Shown here piece by piece: positions 51,989 to 64,000 of a stretch of DNA of 64,000 nucleotides (its first letter is position 1; each line of letters starts with the position of its first letter). Made by a program: the position numbers and the translations under genes. The stretch is from Octopus sinensis. Taxonomy: Eukaryota. The stretch spans positions 104,036,001 through 104,100,000 of the forward strand of contig NC_043003.1 in the NCBI RefSeq assembly GCF_006345805.1, given 5' to 3'. The notes under the pieces were generated by a model. It was not told where the DNA came from. It did no database searches and was given only the letters and a program-made list of their open reading frames with translations.

Positions 51989-53489
51989 CGAGGGACGTTC
52001 AATAAGTAATGCCTCTGACCCACTTGCAGTTGTTTGATCTAGCTGAAATTTTGCATGTGCAATCATTTATATCTCTATAGAGTAAGTGGCAAATTACAGC
52101 TCTGAATTAATTGTGGTTTCTGATTTACAGGTGTTTGAACCGAGTCAAGTGTGAAATGGAGCCTGTTGAGTGTCGAGCAGTGATCCGGTTTTTGTATTTG
52201 AAAGGCGCAATGGCCTAGTGGTTAGGGCAGCGGACTCGCGGTCGCAGGATCGCGGTTTCGATTCTCAGACTGGGCGTTGTGTGTGTTTATTGAGCGAAAA
52301 CACCTAAAAGCTCTACGAGGCTCCGGCAGGGGGTGGTGATCCCTGCTGTACTCTTTCACCACAATGGCGGTGCCCCAGCATGGCCACAGCTCAAGAGCTG
52401 AAACTGGAAAAACAAAAACAAACAAACAAACACCACGGGAGACTTTTGATGAAATGAAAGTAACTTATGGTGATGATGCCCCATCATATGACCTTGTAAA
52501 ACGCTGGCATCGTGAATTCAAACATGGTCGGAACTCTGTGGAAACAGCTCCCAGATCTGGTCTCCCCCTTCTGCCATTGATGAGGCATCTGTCCGTCAAG
52601 TTGAGGCTGCCATTTTGGAAGATCGACGCATAATTATTCGCCAAATAGCCCATGAGGTCAAGATTAGTACCAGGTCTGTGGAAACTATCATTCATGACCA
52701 TTTGCATATGCAAAAGGTGTCTGCCAGATGGATTCCCAGGTTGCTCACGCCTTTCCAGAAGCAAGAACGCGTCGAGTGCTCGAGGGTGAATTTGGAGATG
52801 TGCCAAGAAGATGAGTCAAAATTTTTCAAAAGACTGATTACACAGGATGAAACCTGGGTCCATCACAATGATCCAGAGACCAAAGCCCAGTCAATGCAGT
52901 GGAAGCACCGTGACTCACCCCCTCCAGGGTGCAGCCCTCCGCTGGCAAGGTCATGCTCACAGTCTTCTGGGACCAGGACGGAGTAGTAATGACAGATTTC
53001 CTGGCAAAGGGTACCACAATTGCAGGAGCCTATTATGCTTCACTTTTGAGGAAATTAAGAGAAGTTATCAAAATCAAGAGGTGGGGCAAGATCAACAAAG
53101 GCATCCTCCTCCTGCAGGACAACGCTCCGGTCCACAACTCGCTTGTCGCCAGATCAGAAGCACAGGCGTATGGCTATGAACTCCTCCCCATCCCCCCTAC
53201 TTTCCTGACTTTGCACCCTCTGATTTTCACCTCTTCCCAATCATGAAGTTGTTTTTGAAAGGAAAGCATTTCCCAGATAATGCAGCCTTGATTTCTGAAG
53301 TCACGTTGAGGTTGGAGGACTAAACTGGGTTCTTCTACAAAAACGGTCTCCAGAGCCGCATCAAACGATGGGAGAAATGCATAACTCTGGGTGGTTCCTA
53401 TGTAGAAAAAGACTAATAACTGTGCCAAGTTTCGTTGCTCTACTGCTATGGGAAGTGGGTCAGGGGCATTACTTATTGAACGCCCCTCG
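51989..53489 (+). mobile_element. Full-length DD34D mariner, frameshifted and SINE-interrupted
   Basis: About 37-bp TIRs (cgagggacgttcaataagtaatgcctctgacccactt / aagtgggtcaggggcattacttattgaacgcccctcg), TA TSDs at 51987-51988 and 53490-53491. Transposase runs from ATG 52156 to TAA 53416 with ITQDETW, LLQDNAPVH and a PDxAPSDF motif. Confidence 0.95.
52204..52429 (+). mobile_element. Chimeric SINE inserted in the mariner transposase
   Basis: The first ~160 nt match the tRNA-headed SINE at 13401-13775. It then switches at 52364 to the tail atggcggtgccccagcatggccacagctc...gagctgaaac also seen at 58393. Confidence 0.8.
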
Positions 53490-54288
53490 TATGTTATACC
53501 ATATATAGTTTAGTAATTTACAGTTCTTATGTTTAGGAATTCTTTTACTGTTTGTGTTACTCCTAGCAGTAGGGTTTTCCCTAACTGAATTTTTATTGGT
53601 GTGATTTCTTTCTTTATGTTTTTTGATCTTAACCTCATTTGTATTTATTCTGGTTGTATCTGTGCATTTATTGGATCTATTTACTTTACCTCTGTTTAAA
53701 GAACTAACTCTAGAATCTCTAATTTGTTTATATGACGTCATATAAGGTGGTTTATCATTTAAGTTTTTAACAATTAAGTTTTTAACAAAAGAGATTTTCT
53801 GGGAGTACCCAGCATGAGAGAGGGCTTGATTATAATAATGATGCGCATGATCACTGAAAATACTTTTGTTTGATGATAACTTAGATAGTCTATCGGAAAC
53901 AGCCTGGACTGTGGTATTAATTATACAGGGCGGATGATTAGATGATGTGCCAATATAACTTGTGGTTTCTTCTGGCTTTCCATAAAGGTAGTGAAGGCCT
54001 TTATCTATATCTAATGTAGCATCTAAAAAATTAACTATCATAGTGTTGGTCATGAATTCAATTTTCAGATTAAATGATTTTAAAAAATGTCTCATCTTTT
54101 TTCTAATTCTTTCTAAGGTACTTCTACTATTTGTGGGGTATATGAATAGGGCGTCATCTCTGTATAGACTCCCCTGAAGGCCCGATACCTCCGAGAATAG
54201 CCTCTTAAGTAGGAAGGCCCCGACTAAGTCAGTCACGTGAGCTGAATCGTTTGAGCCTATAGCCACATCGAAGTTATCAGAGGTATCT

Positions 54289-54549
54289 GAACATAAGGTT
54301 AATAACACTTCCTTATCACGTAGGCTATGGGAACTTAAAGACAAAAATATCAACTTTAATCTTAGATGGTCCATAGTTGGATCGGCAGTGATTTATAAAA
54401 ATAATAGAACTGGTTGCCAGTTATGTTCCTTAGAACTTTTCAAAATCATTAAATTCCCTGATAAAAACAAGCTAGTTAATAAAAGATCAGAATTCAAACC
54501 AACTTGTATGCATAAATTGACTAAAACCTTTAAATACTATAATCCTTAA
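54289..54549 (+). mobile_element. Inverted PLE GIY-YIG endonuclease C-terminal half (inverted pLTR segment)
   Basis: Plus frame EHKVNNTSLSRRLWELKDKNINFNLRWSIVGSAVIYKNNRTGCQLCSLELFKIIKFPDKNKLVNKRSEFKPTCMH...*. It shows the LS..W.LK / W.I / CxxC / NKRSE / C.H pattern. Not in the ORF track because it lacks a start codon. Confidence 0.8.
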
Positions 54550-55683
54550 GTCTCCATTATCTACTTTAATCCCTTCATGATCTTCTCACATTGGAAATTC
54601 CATCATCTGCTCCCTCCTGCCACTATTCAGGCATTGGATTAACAACTCCTGGGCTTACCCCCAACTACTTATTCGGTTTACTTTCACCTAGCTAAATTCT
54701 GACCCCATATAGTATGCATGTATTAAACAATCCAAGGACTTTAGACTTATTTATAGAGAACATATCTAAATAATTTAGTCATTGACTCCAAAATTAAGAA
54801 TATTACTACCATACATGGAGGTCCTATTAGCCAACACTAATAACTTCAATAATGTTTATAATAATAATAATAATATACTAGTAATCATGAGTGGATAGGA
54901 ACCTAGACTTTTTAAACTTCATACACTTCCTAAACAATTAAAATAGGAGTATAATTTACACAAGTGGATAGACTTGAAATCTCTCCAATCACTATATTTT
55001 TCCAATCACTATATTATTACTATTATATTATTATATTATTACTATTATTATAATTTTTTCTTCGTATTTTATTTTTAACTTCCATCTTAATTTTCATTTC
55101 AATTTATTTTATTCTTTACATTTTCACTTTGCTTTTTACCTCATTGTAACCTATTATCATTTAGTCAGATATCTTTTGTATATTTCCAAATATTTTTGAT
55201 ATCTTACAACATCTTTCTAATATCACCGGTTTATTCTGCCAGTATTTTTTACTAATTCTAATGCTCTTTCACTATTATTTTGTTTAAAAATGATTCTTAC
55301 ATACCTCTATATCAATTACTTCATTTATTGTTAATTTGCTACTCCCTTTTATCACTTATATTTATTTCTTTTCTTTTTAAATCATTTCCTTTATTGGTCA
55401 TCCCTCATTTCTACTTGTTACTTAATGACAGGTCTACTGGATTTGTCATAGACATATCTAAAAAACATTTTTTTAAAACTTTTAAATATATGGAACTCAA
55501 TCTATTGAGAATAGTATATTAAATTATAACTGTTACGTACTCAAAAACAAGATATACACACTTGTAAGGTGTATTGTATGTCTGTATACAATCTGTATTT
55601 CAAGGAGTGGTCAAACTAAGAAATTATTTCTGACCACTGCCATCCCATCAAAGCCAAAATCCTATTCTCAGCCCTTTAGTATT

Positions 55684-55903
55684 ACTCTCTTTTACTTGTT
55701 TCAGTCATTTGACTACGGCCATGCTGGAGCACCACCTTTAGTCGACCAGGTCGACCCCAGGACTTATTCTTCGTAAGCCCATTACTTATTCTATCGGTCT
55801 CTTTTGCCGAACCGCTAAGTGACGGGGACATAAACATACCAGCATCGGTTGTCAAGCAATGCTAGGGGGACAAACACAGACACACAAACACAGACACACA
55901 CAT

Positions 55904-55954
<51 letters not shown>

Positions 55955-56143
55955 ATATATATATACACACACATATATATGACAGGCTTCTTTCAGTTTC
56001 CGTCTACCAAATCCACTCACAAGGCATTGGTCGGCCTGAGGCTATAGTAGAAGACACTTGCCCAAGGTGCCACACAGTGGGACTGAACCCGGAACCATGT
56101 GGTTGGTAAGCAAGCTACTTACCACACAGCTACTCCTGCGCCT
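55684..56143 (-). mobile_element. Family A SINE
   Basis: Near-identical to 43808-44226. Confidence 0.9.
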
Positions 56144-56814
56144 TATCTTATCTCTTATTCTACCTTTTGTTTTTATTTCTTTTGTTACTTTATTCCAGTT
56201 TTGTTAAATCTTATTTATATGTGTATCTAACATTATTATTCTTATTTTTACTTTTATTATCCTTATTTTTGCTTTTATTACACTTATCTTTTACTTCTAT
56301 TACTGTTATTTTTTATTTCTTATTTTATTTTTTTCTTTCTATCTTATACACATTAATTAAATATAAACTCATTCCAATCTATTTAACATTCACTATGCTG
56401 AATGGTGATATAGTATGGGCAGATTTTTGAAATCCAATGAAATTTTATATAAATATACTTTTTCAAGGAGATATCATAAACCTATGGGTAATACTATGGG
56501 TACGTTTTATTTTGTGATGTAATCTTTGGACTAACAATGTTTGTGACTGAAAAGAGCTTTACAACATCTTTCACATCAATAATACACTGATGTAATAACA
56601 GATTGTTTATAAAGTTTGAAACGTGTGTACCACTATATCCTTTGCGTTGTGTTTTTAATTTATGTTTGATATATTCTCTCACCTCTGCCACTATCTAGCA
56701 AATACAGGTGCTTACACTTATCAAGTATTCAGTCTAAATTTACAGTACCTATATATATACATACATATATACACATATATATATACATACACATAAATAT
56801 ATATACACACATAC

Positions 56815-57224
56815 AGGCGCAGGAGTGGCTGTGTGGTAAGTAGCTTGCTTACCAACCACATGGTTCCGGGTTCAGTCCCACTGTGTGGCACCTTGGGCAA
56901 GTGTCTTCTACTATAGCCTCAGGCCGACCAAAGCCTTGTGAGTGGATTTGGTAGACGGAAACTGAAAGAAGCCTGTCGTATATATGTGTATATATATATA
57001 TATATATGCGTGTGTGTGTATGTGTGCCTGTATTTGTCTCCCTAGCATTGCTTGACAATCTATGCTGGTGTGTTCATGTCCCCGTTACTTAGCGGTTCAA
57101 CAAAAGAGACCGATAGAATAAGTACTGGGCTTGCAAAAGAATAAGTCCCGGGGTCGAGTTGCTCGATCAAAGGCGGTGCTCCAGCATGGTCGCAGTCAAA
57201 TGACTGAAACAAAGTGAAAGAGTA
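56815..57224 (+). mobile_element. Family A SINE
   Basis: Reverse complement of the 55684-56143 copy, arranged head-to-head. Confidence 0.9.
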
Positions 57225-58392
57225 TACATATATTCATACACACATATATATACATATACATATATACATACACACACATATACATATATACATACACACA
57301 CATATATATATATACATACATATACATGTATATATACACACACATATATATATACATGTATATATATACACATATATATACATACATATACATGTATATA
57401 TACACACACATATATACACACATATATATACATACATATACATGTATATATACACACACATATATATACATGTATATATATGCACATATATATACATACA
57501 TATACATGTATATATATGCACATATATATACATACATATACATGTATATATATGCACATATATATACATACATATACATGTATATATATACACATATATA
57601 CATACATATACATGTATATATATATACACATATATACATACATATACATGTATATATATATACACATATATACATACATATACATGTATATATATATACA
57701 CATATATACATACATATACATGTATATATATATACATACATATACATGTATATATATATACACATATATATACATACATATACATGTATATATATATACA
57801 CATATATATACATACATATACATGTATATATATATACACATATATATACATACATATACATGTATATATATATACACATATATATACATACATATACATG
57901 TATATATATATACACATATATATACATACATATACATGTATATATATATACACATATATATACATACATATACATGTATATATACATATACATGTATATA
58001 TATATACACATATATATACATGTATATATATGCACATATATATACACATATATATACACATATATATACACATATATATACATGTATATATATGCACATA
58101 TATATACATGTATATATATATATATACACACACATATATATACATACATAAATATACACATATATATACATGTATATATATATATACACACACATATATA
58201 TACATACATAAATATACACACACATATATACATACATAAATATACACACACATATATATATACATAAATATACACACACATATATATATACATAAATATA
58301 CACATATATACATGCATATATATATATACATAAATATACACATATGTACATGCATATATACATAAATATACACGTTTATGTACATGCATATA
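57225..58392. repeat. TA/CA compound microsatellite array
   Basis: Recurrent higher-order unit catacatatacatgtatatata(ta)cacatata. Source of the spurious 200-400-aa ORFs. Confidence 0.98.
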
Positions 58393-58711
58393 AATGGCGG
58401 TGCCCCAGCATGGCCACAGCTCATGAGCTGAAACTAGAATCAATCAATCAATCAATACACATATATACAAATACACAGACATATGCACATACACATATAT
58501 ATATACACATATATATACACACACTCACATATATATACATATACACAGATATATATATACACACATATATATATACATATACAAACATATATATATACAT
58601 ATACACATATATATATCCTTAATCCTTAAAAATATTTCAGCCCGAAGGCTGTGGCCATGCTGGGGCACCACCGTTGAATGAGCTACACACACATGCGCAC
58701 AAACAAACAAC

Positions 58712-59108
58712 AGAATTTATGCCTAATAATTTTAAGATTAAGAATTCTATATACCAATGTAAAATTACTTGCAGTACCGATGTCTACTTCTACATTGGTG
58801 CATCCTCTTCCCAGTTATCTAAGAGAATTTCCAATCATTATTCTTCATTTAGGGATAGCAGTAAACATTATAGCACAGGGCTAAGTAAATTGGTTTGGTA
58901 TCTTAAAGACAACAATAAGGATTTTAAGTTAGATTGGTTTATCCTGTCCATATCTTTCCTTTATGATAAGGGCAAAGGATTTTGTAACATTTGCAACTCT
59001 GAACACTTCCATATTCTCTTCTCTAAGAATCACCTTGTTAACACACTTATAGAGCAATCTTACAAATGTAAGCACTGGCAGAAACATACCTTTAGCTCAT
59101 ATAAGTGA
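58712..59108 (+). mobile_element. PLE GIY-YIG endonuclease fragment of a second family
   Basis: SIYQ...FYIG...KRISNHYSSF...STGLSKLVWYLK...CNICNSE...LVN...CKH in ORF 58674-59108. Confidence 0.85.
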
Positions 59109-59340
59109 CTTTTACCAGTCTTTATAGTTTGAACATTTAGTTCAACTTGCACTTTACTTCAATAGAGAAATCTACTTCTAAGCCTTTGAACATTTTTTCA
59201 ACCAATATATTCTTCTTTATTTGTTCTCTACTTCTTATTTCTTTACCCCTTCTCTTCCTAGGGTCTGCCTTTGACGTCGGATCTACTAACGTTTTTTTTA
59301 AAATACTTAATAGCGTTCTGTTTATCATTTATGTAGTCAT

Positions 59341-59485
59341 TTTGGCGTTAGGAAGAGCATCCAGCCGTAGAAACATTGCCAGATCAGACTGGGCCTGGTG
59401 CAGCCTTCTGGCTTCCCAGACCCCAGTTGAACTGTCCAACCCATGCTAGCATGGAAAGCAGACGCTAAACGATGATGATGATGAT
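59341..59485 (+). mobile_element. RTE 3'-tail element
   Basis: ttggcgttaggaagagcatccagccgtagaaac...(GAT)n. Confidence 0.85.
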
Positions 59486-61331
59486 CTAAATTGCTATAAT
59501 GTCTTGTTGTTGAGATAGGTTCTCTTTCTTTCCTGATGAGAAGATTGCTTGAAACTTTTCAGCATTGAACTACATGCTATTCTTTTCAGCCCACTTGTAT
59601 ATTTTGTCCAGCTCACATTGCAGGTGCTTAGTGTCTTCAGGGTTCTGTATTGCCTGTGAAACTTTTGTATCATCTGCATAACTTGTGATCATGGCTCTCA
59701 GCGTGGCTAAGGGCATGTCTGAGAGGGCCATTATGAACAGTAGTGGTCCCAAAACAGTGCCTTGCGGAACACCGCTCACTATTTGCATATTAATGGAAGC
59801 TACTACCACCTGACTTCTATCCTTCAGAAAGTCATGAAGCCATTCTCCCAATTTTCCAACTATGCCAAGATCATGCAGTTTGTGACATATCATTCCATGA
59901 TCGACTTTATCAAAGGCCTTTGCAAAGTCGAGATGTATGACTTCCACATTTGAGTGGTTGAGCAGTCGTTTCAGCACCCAGTGATATTGTTATAGGAGCT
60001 GAGTTAAGCAGCTTCTTCCTGGTCGGAAACCATGTTGGGTGTCAGACAGCAAGTCATTTTCTTCAAGGAAGGTGATTAGTTTCCTTCTGACTATTTGTTC
60101 CATGACCTTGCTGATATGTGTGGTCAGAGAGATAGGTCTGTAAGTTCTTGGCCTCTGCTCTGCTACCTCCTTTTCAAGGAGTGGCCCTATCCTACAATGC
60201 ACCGTAGCTGTTTCTTTGGCATACCTGTAGAAAGCTCTGGGGTTAGATTTTATGTTGTCTATAGCCCAGGCTTCTTTGTCTGCTCTTTCTTTTTCATGGG
60301 AGAGTTGCAGACATTTTTCAATTTCCAACAGTTTTATTTTCAGGTGGGACTTTTCACTGCTTTCAATTTGTTTGTTTAGGCGATTTGAAACTTTCATATG
60401 CCATCTCATTAGAATTTTCCTCTCTCTGGGGACTTTGTCCTTGTGTACAATGGCCTTTCTCTCTGGGACACATTTGTAGCATATGGCTTGCATTACAGAC
60501 ATGAATTGTTGAAGTTTCATGTCGATGTCTGGCGAGGAGAGACATTCAGGCCAGTTTTATTTGAGGATCTCTTTCTCAATTTGTTTCCAGTTTGCCTTAT
60601 GGAAGTTCAAGCTGGAAAGATTCTGAGAGTTTCTTGTAGGCTGCATGTCCGTGCTCTCTTTTGGCCCGTACATGGTCAGCTCTACCATGTTGTGATCCAA
60701 GAGTAGTGTCGGTGTCACTTTCACATTATGGATGAGATCCATATTATTTGTGAAGCAGATATCCAGTATGTTACCTGCCCTGGTTGGTTGGAGTATTACT
60801 TGCTCCATGTACAGAGTGTTCATGAGGTTCAGGACGCACCTCGCCTGTCCTCATTCGCATCGTGTCATTCCTGGGAGAGAAAGGTCCTTGGGCCATCTGA
60901 CATTGGGTAGATTGAAGTCTCCCATAAGAAGTACACTTATGTGTTGTTCTAATGTGACTAGAACTTATTCTATTTTTATAAGGCAGTCTTCAAACTTGCC
61001 TACATGGCTTGGGGCATCTGGAGGGCGATATGTAGCACATATAACTACACCAAGTTGCCTTATATGTACAATTAGTGTGTCACACACCGAATTTGAGTAT
61101 GACAAAAGGACCTGGTGTGTGAGGTCCTCACGGATGTACATAGCAACTCCTCCATGACTCCTTTCCTTTCTGTCGGTCCAAAGTACAACATACTGTGGTA
61201 TGTGTAATTCCGCATCTGCTATGTCCGGTTTCAGGTGTGTTTCCGTAAGTGCTATGGATAAGGCTTGATTGTATATTTTTCGTTTTGGGATTTGGTTTGC
61301 AAGATTCTTTATGAGTCCGTGTGTTGAAGCA
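59486..61331 (-). mobile_element. CR1/L2-clade LINE ORF2 remnant (APE endonuclease plus RT), frameshifted
   Basis: ALTETHL...GGVAMYI and PTRAGNILD (endonuclease); RPISLT, QHGFRPGRSC, LDFAKAFDKVDH, SGVPQGTVLGP and YADD (RT). Confidence 0.92.
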
Positions 61332-61431
61332 NNNNNNNNNNNNNNNNNNNNNNNNNNNNNNNNNNNNNNNNNNNNNNNNNNNNNNNNNNNNNNNNNNNNN
61401 NNNNNNNNNNNNNNNNNNNNNNNNNNNNNNN
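61332..61431. other. Assembly gap (100 N)
   Basis: A run of exactly 100 N, a typical placeholder of unknown true size. Confidence 0.99.
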
Positions 61432-61797
61432 TTGGGAGCAAGCAAGCGGCTGAGGACAAATGTTTTCCATAGGACCATCAGTGTCTCCTTCTCTCTTGTT
61501 CTGAAAGTTCGGAGAATCCATCCAGCTAGCCGTCTGCATTTTATCACCAGATTAGCAATATGCATTTGGAAAGATGCATCATTGCTCATGTCAATGCCCA
61601 GGTCACGCACTGATTTTGACTCAGGGATTGCAATTCTTCCTGGGCCAGTGTATCCAGTCTTCACGTCATTTACCTTTGTGTGCCAGTAGCGCAGGGCCTG
61701 GAACTTACCTGCATTAAACTGCATGTTGTTGTCCTCAGCCCACCTGTATATTGTGTCCAGCTCATGTTGCAGATGCGCAATATTTTCAGGGTTCTGT
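61432..61797 (-). mobile_element. Second CR1-like LINE fragment (RT C-terminal region)
   Basis: [33 protein letters not shown]...VRDLGI...GWILRTF. Similar to, but different from, the copy at 59486. Confidence 0.85.
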
Positions 61798-62854
61798 ATA
61801 TACATATACACATATATATACACATATATATATATACATATATATACACATATATACATATACACATATACACATATACACATATATACATATATACATA
61901 TATACATATATACAATATATATATATATACATATGCACATATATATACATATACACATATATATATATATACATATATACATATACACATATATATATAT
62001 ATACATATATACATATACACACATATATATATATACATATACACACATATATATATATACAAATATACATATACACACATATATATATACATATACACAC
62101 ATATATATATATACATATACACACATATATATATATACATATACACACATATATATATATACATATATATACATATACACATATATATACATATACACAT
62201 ATATATATACATATATATACATACACATATATATATACATATATATACATACACATATATATATACATATATATACACACACATACATATATACACGTAT
62301 ATATATACATATATATACACATACATACATATATACACGTATATATATACATATATATACACATACATATATACATATATATACATATAGGCATATACAT
62401 ATACACATATATATACATATAGGCATATACATATACACATATATATATACATATACACATATATACACATATATATATATACATAGATATATACATATAT
62501 ACATAGATATATACATATATACATAGATATATACATATATACATAGATATATATATATAAAATATATATATATATATAAATATATATATATACATATACA
62601 CATATATATACATATATAAATATATATATATATATAAATATATATATACATAAATATATATATACATAAATATATATATATACATAATATATATATACAT
62701 AAATATATATATATAACATATACAATATATATACATATATAATATATATACATATATAAATATATATATATATATAAATATATATAATATAAAATAATAT
62801 ATATACATATACACATATATATATACATATATAAATATATATATATATATAAAT

Positions 62855-62885
<31 letters not shown>

Positions 62886-64000
62886 CATATACACATATAT
62901 ATACATAAATATATAAATATACATATACACATATATATACATAAATAGATATATACATAAATATATATATACACATATATATATACATATACACATATAT
63001 ATATACATATACACATATATATATACATATACACATATATATATACATATACACATATATATATACATATACACATATATATATATACATATACACATAT
63101 ATATATACATATACACATATATATATACATATACACATACATATAGACATACATATACACATATATACATACATATACACATATATACATACATATACAC
63201 ATATATACATATATATATACATATATATACATATACACATATATATACATATACACATATATACATATATATATACACATATATATACATATACACATAT
63301 ATATACATATACACATATATATACATATACACATATATATATATATAAACATATATATATATATACACATATATATATATACACATATATATATACATAT
63401 ACACATATATATATACTCATATATATACATATACACATATAGATATATACACATATATATACATATACACATATATACATATACACATATATACATATAC
63501 ACATATATACATATACACATATATATATATACACATATATATATACACACATATATATATACACACATATATATATACACACATATATACATATACACAT
63601 ATATATATATACACATATATATATATATACACATATATATATACACACATATATATATATATATATACACACATATATATATATATACACATATATATAT
63701 ACACACATATATATATATATATACACATATATATATACACACATATATATATATATATACACACATATATATATATACACATATATATACACATATATAT
63801 ATATACACATATATATATATACATATATATATACACACACATATATATATATACACATATATATATATATATACACACATATATATATATACACACACAT
63901 ATATATATATACACATATATACACATATATACATATACACATATACACATATATATATATACATATACACATATATACACATATATATATATACATATAC
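61798..64000. repeat. TA/CA compound microsatellite array running off the window end
   Basis: More than 2.2 kb of tatatacacata-type units. Confidence 0.98.

Larger units (their letters stand above)
51460..54288 (-). mobile_element. Penelope-like retroelement reverse transcriptase, 5'-truncated and split by the mariner
   Basis: Motifs FDVAIGSNDSAHVTDLVG, LYRDD, NFLD and SNHP. The frame resumes after the TA duplication as WYNI|PYNVAVTGKLCKKIFSIISNNFPPTHKYSRILSTKTIRISYSTLPNMKCLISKHNK, followed by a frameshifted Asn-rich linker. Confidence 0.9.

Noticed and set aside
52204-52275. tRNA-like sequence (also at 13700-13775 and 24720-24775)
   Set aside because: A/B boxes are present but there is no proper acceptor stem or cloverleaf. 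These are SINE/PLE heads, not tRNA genes.
53469-55550. Selenocysteine/SECIS in the Naiad-like PLE
   Set aside because: No in-frame TGA in the RT or endonuclease frames, and the hairpin near 55425-55450 lacks a convincing SECIS geometry.
56494-56691. 65-aa minus ORF MAEVREYIKHKLK...
   Set aside because: No recognisable domain, and the length is within chance expectation.
57181-57210. SINE tail hairpin followed by GAAAC as a possible hammerhead
   Set aside because: No CUGANGA box upstream and no stem I/III.
57167-58443. Long ORFs (223-415 aa) of Y/I/C/M/V/H/T repeats
   Set aside because: They are translations of TA/CA microsatellite, open on both strands because the repeat lacks stops.
59260-59300. 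ctttgacgtcgg...aacgtt as a decayed hammerhead in the PLE 3' UTR
   Set aside because: Core boxes and stem II cannot be formed; too degenerate to support.
61128-63996. 736-770-aa ORFs
   Set aside because: Microsatellite read-through. Only the CR1-derived portion near 61432-61797 is real coding remnant.
1-64000. CRISPR arrays, rRNA or prokaryote-type systems
   Set aside because: No regular repeat-spacer structure or rRNA motifs. The sequence is intron-containing animal DNA.

Overview
AT-rich, microsatellite- and transposon-dense animal genomic DNA. It is most likely an octopus or other coleoid cephalopod (inference from the SINE/RTE families and the TA/CA arrays). One protein-coding gene is clearly supported: the AP-1 clathrin adaptor sigma subunit (AP1S) on the minus strand. 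It has a probable ATG-only exon at 46432-46434, then exons 45492-45670, 42181-42289 and 38691-38828. Two alternative 45-nt terminal coding segments follow: 21826-21870 (DEALESTLKDYGLV*) and 12928-12972 (EETPQGFFEDHGLG*). Both give 157-aa proteins when the probable ATG-only exon is counted. The rest is introns and intergenic DNA filled with tRNA-derived SINEs, RTE and CR1-like LINE fragments, Tc1/mariner elements, piggyBac-type MITEs, Helitrons, Penelope-like elements (PLEs) and TA/CA satellites, with a 100-N assembly gap. The most unusual object is a 631-bp palindromic PLE remnant in AP1S intron 4 (24564-25194, 12-bp TSD). Its arms carry minimal hammerhead-ribozyme motifs, and one arm has tRNA-like Pol III A/B boxes directly upstream of the ribozyme. 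Almost all long ORFs in the track with Y/I/C/M/H/T repeats are microsatellite artefacts. No tools were run; identities are by eye and family names rely on recalled motifs.
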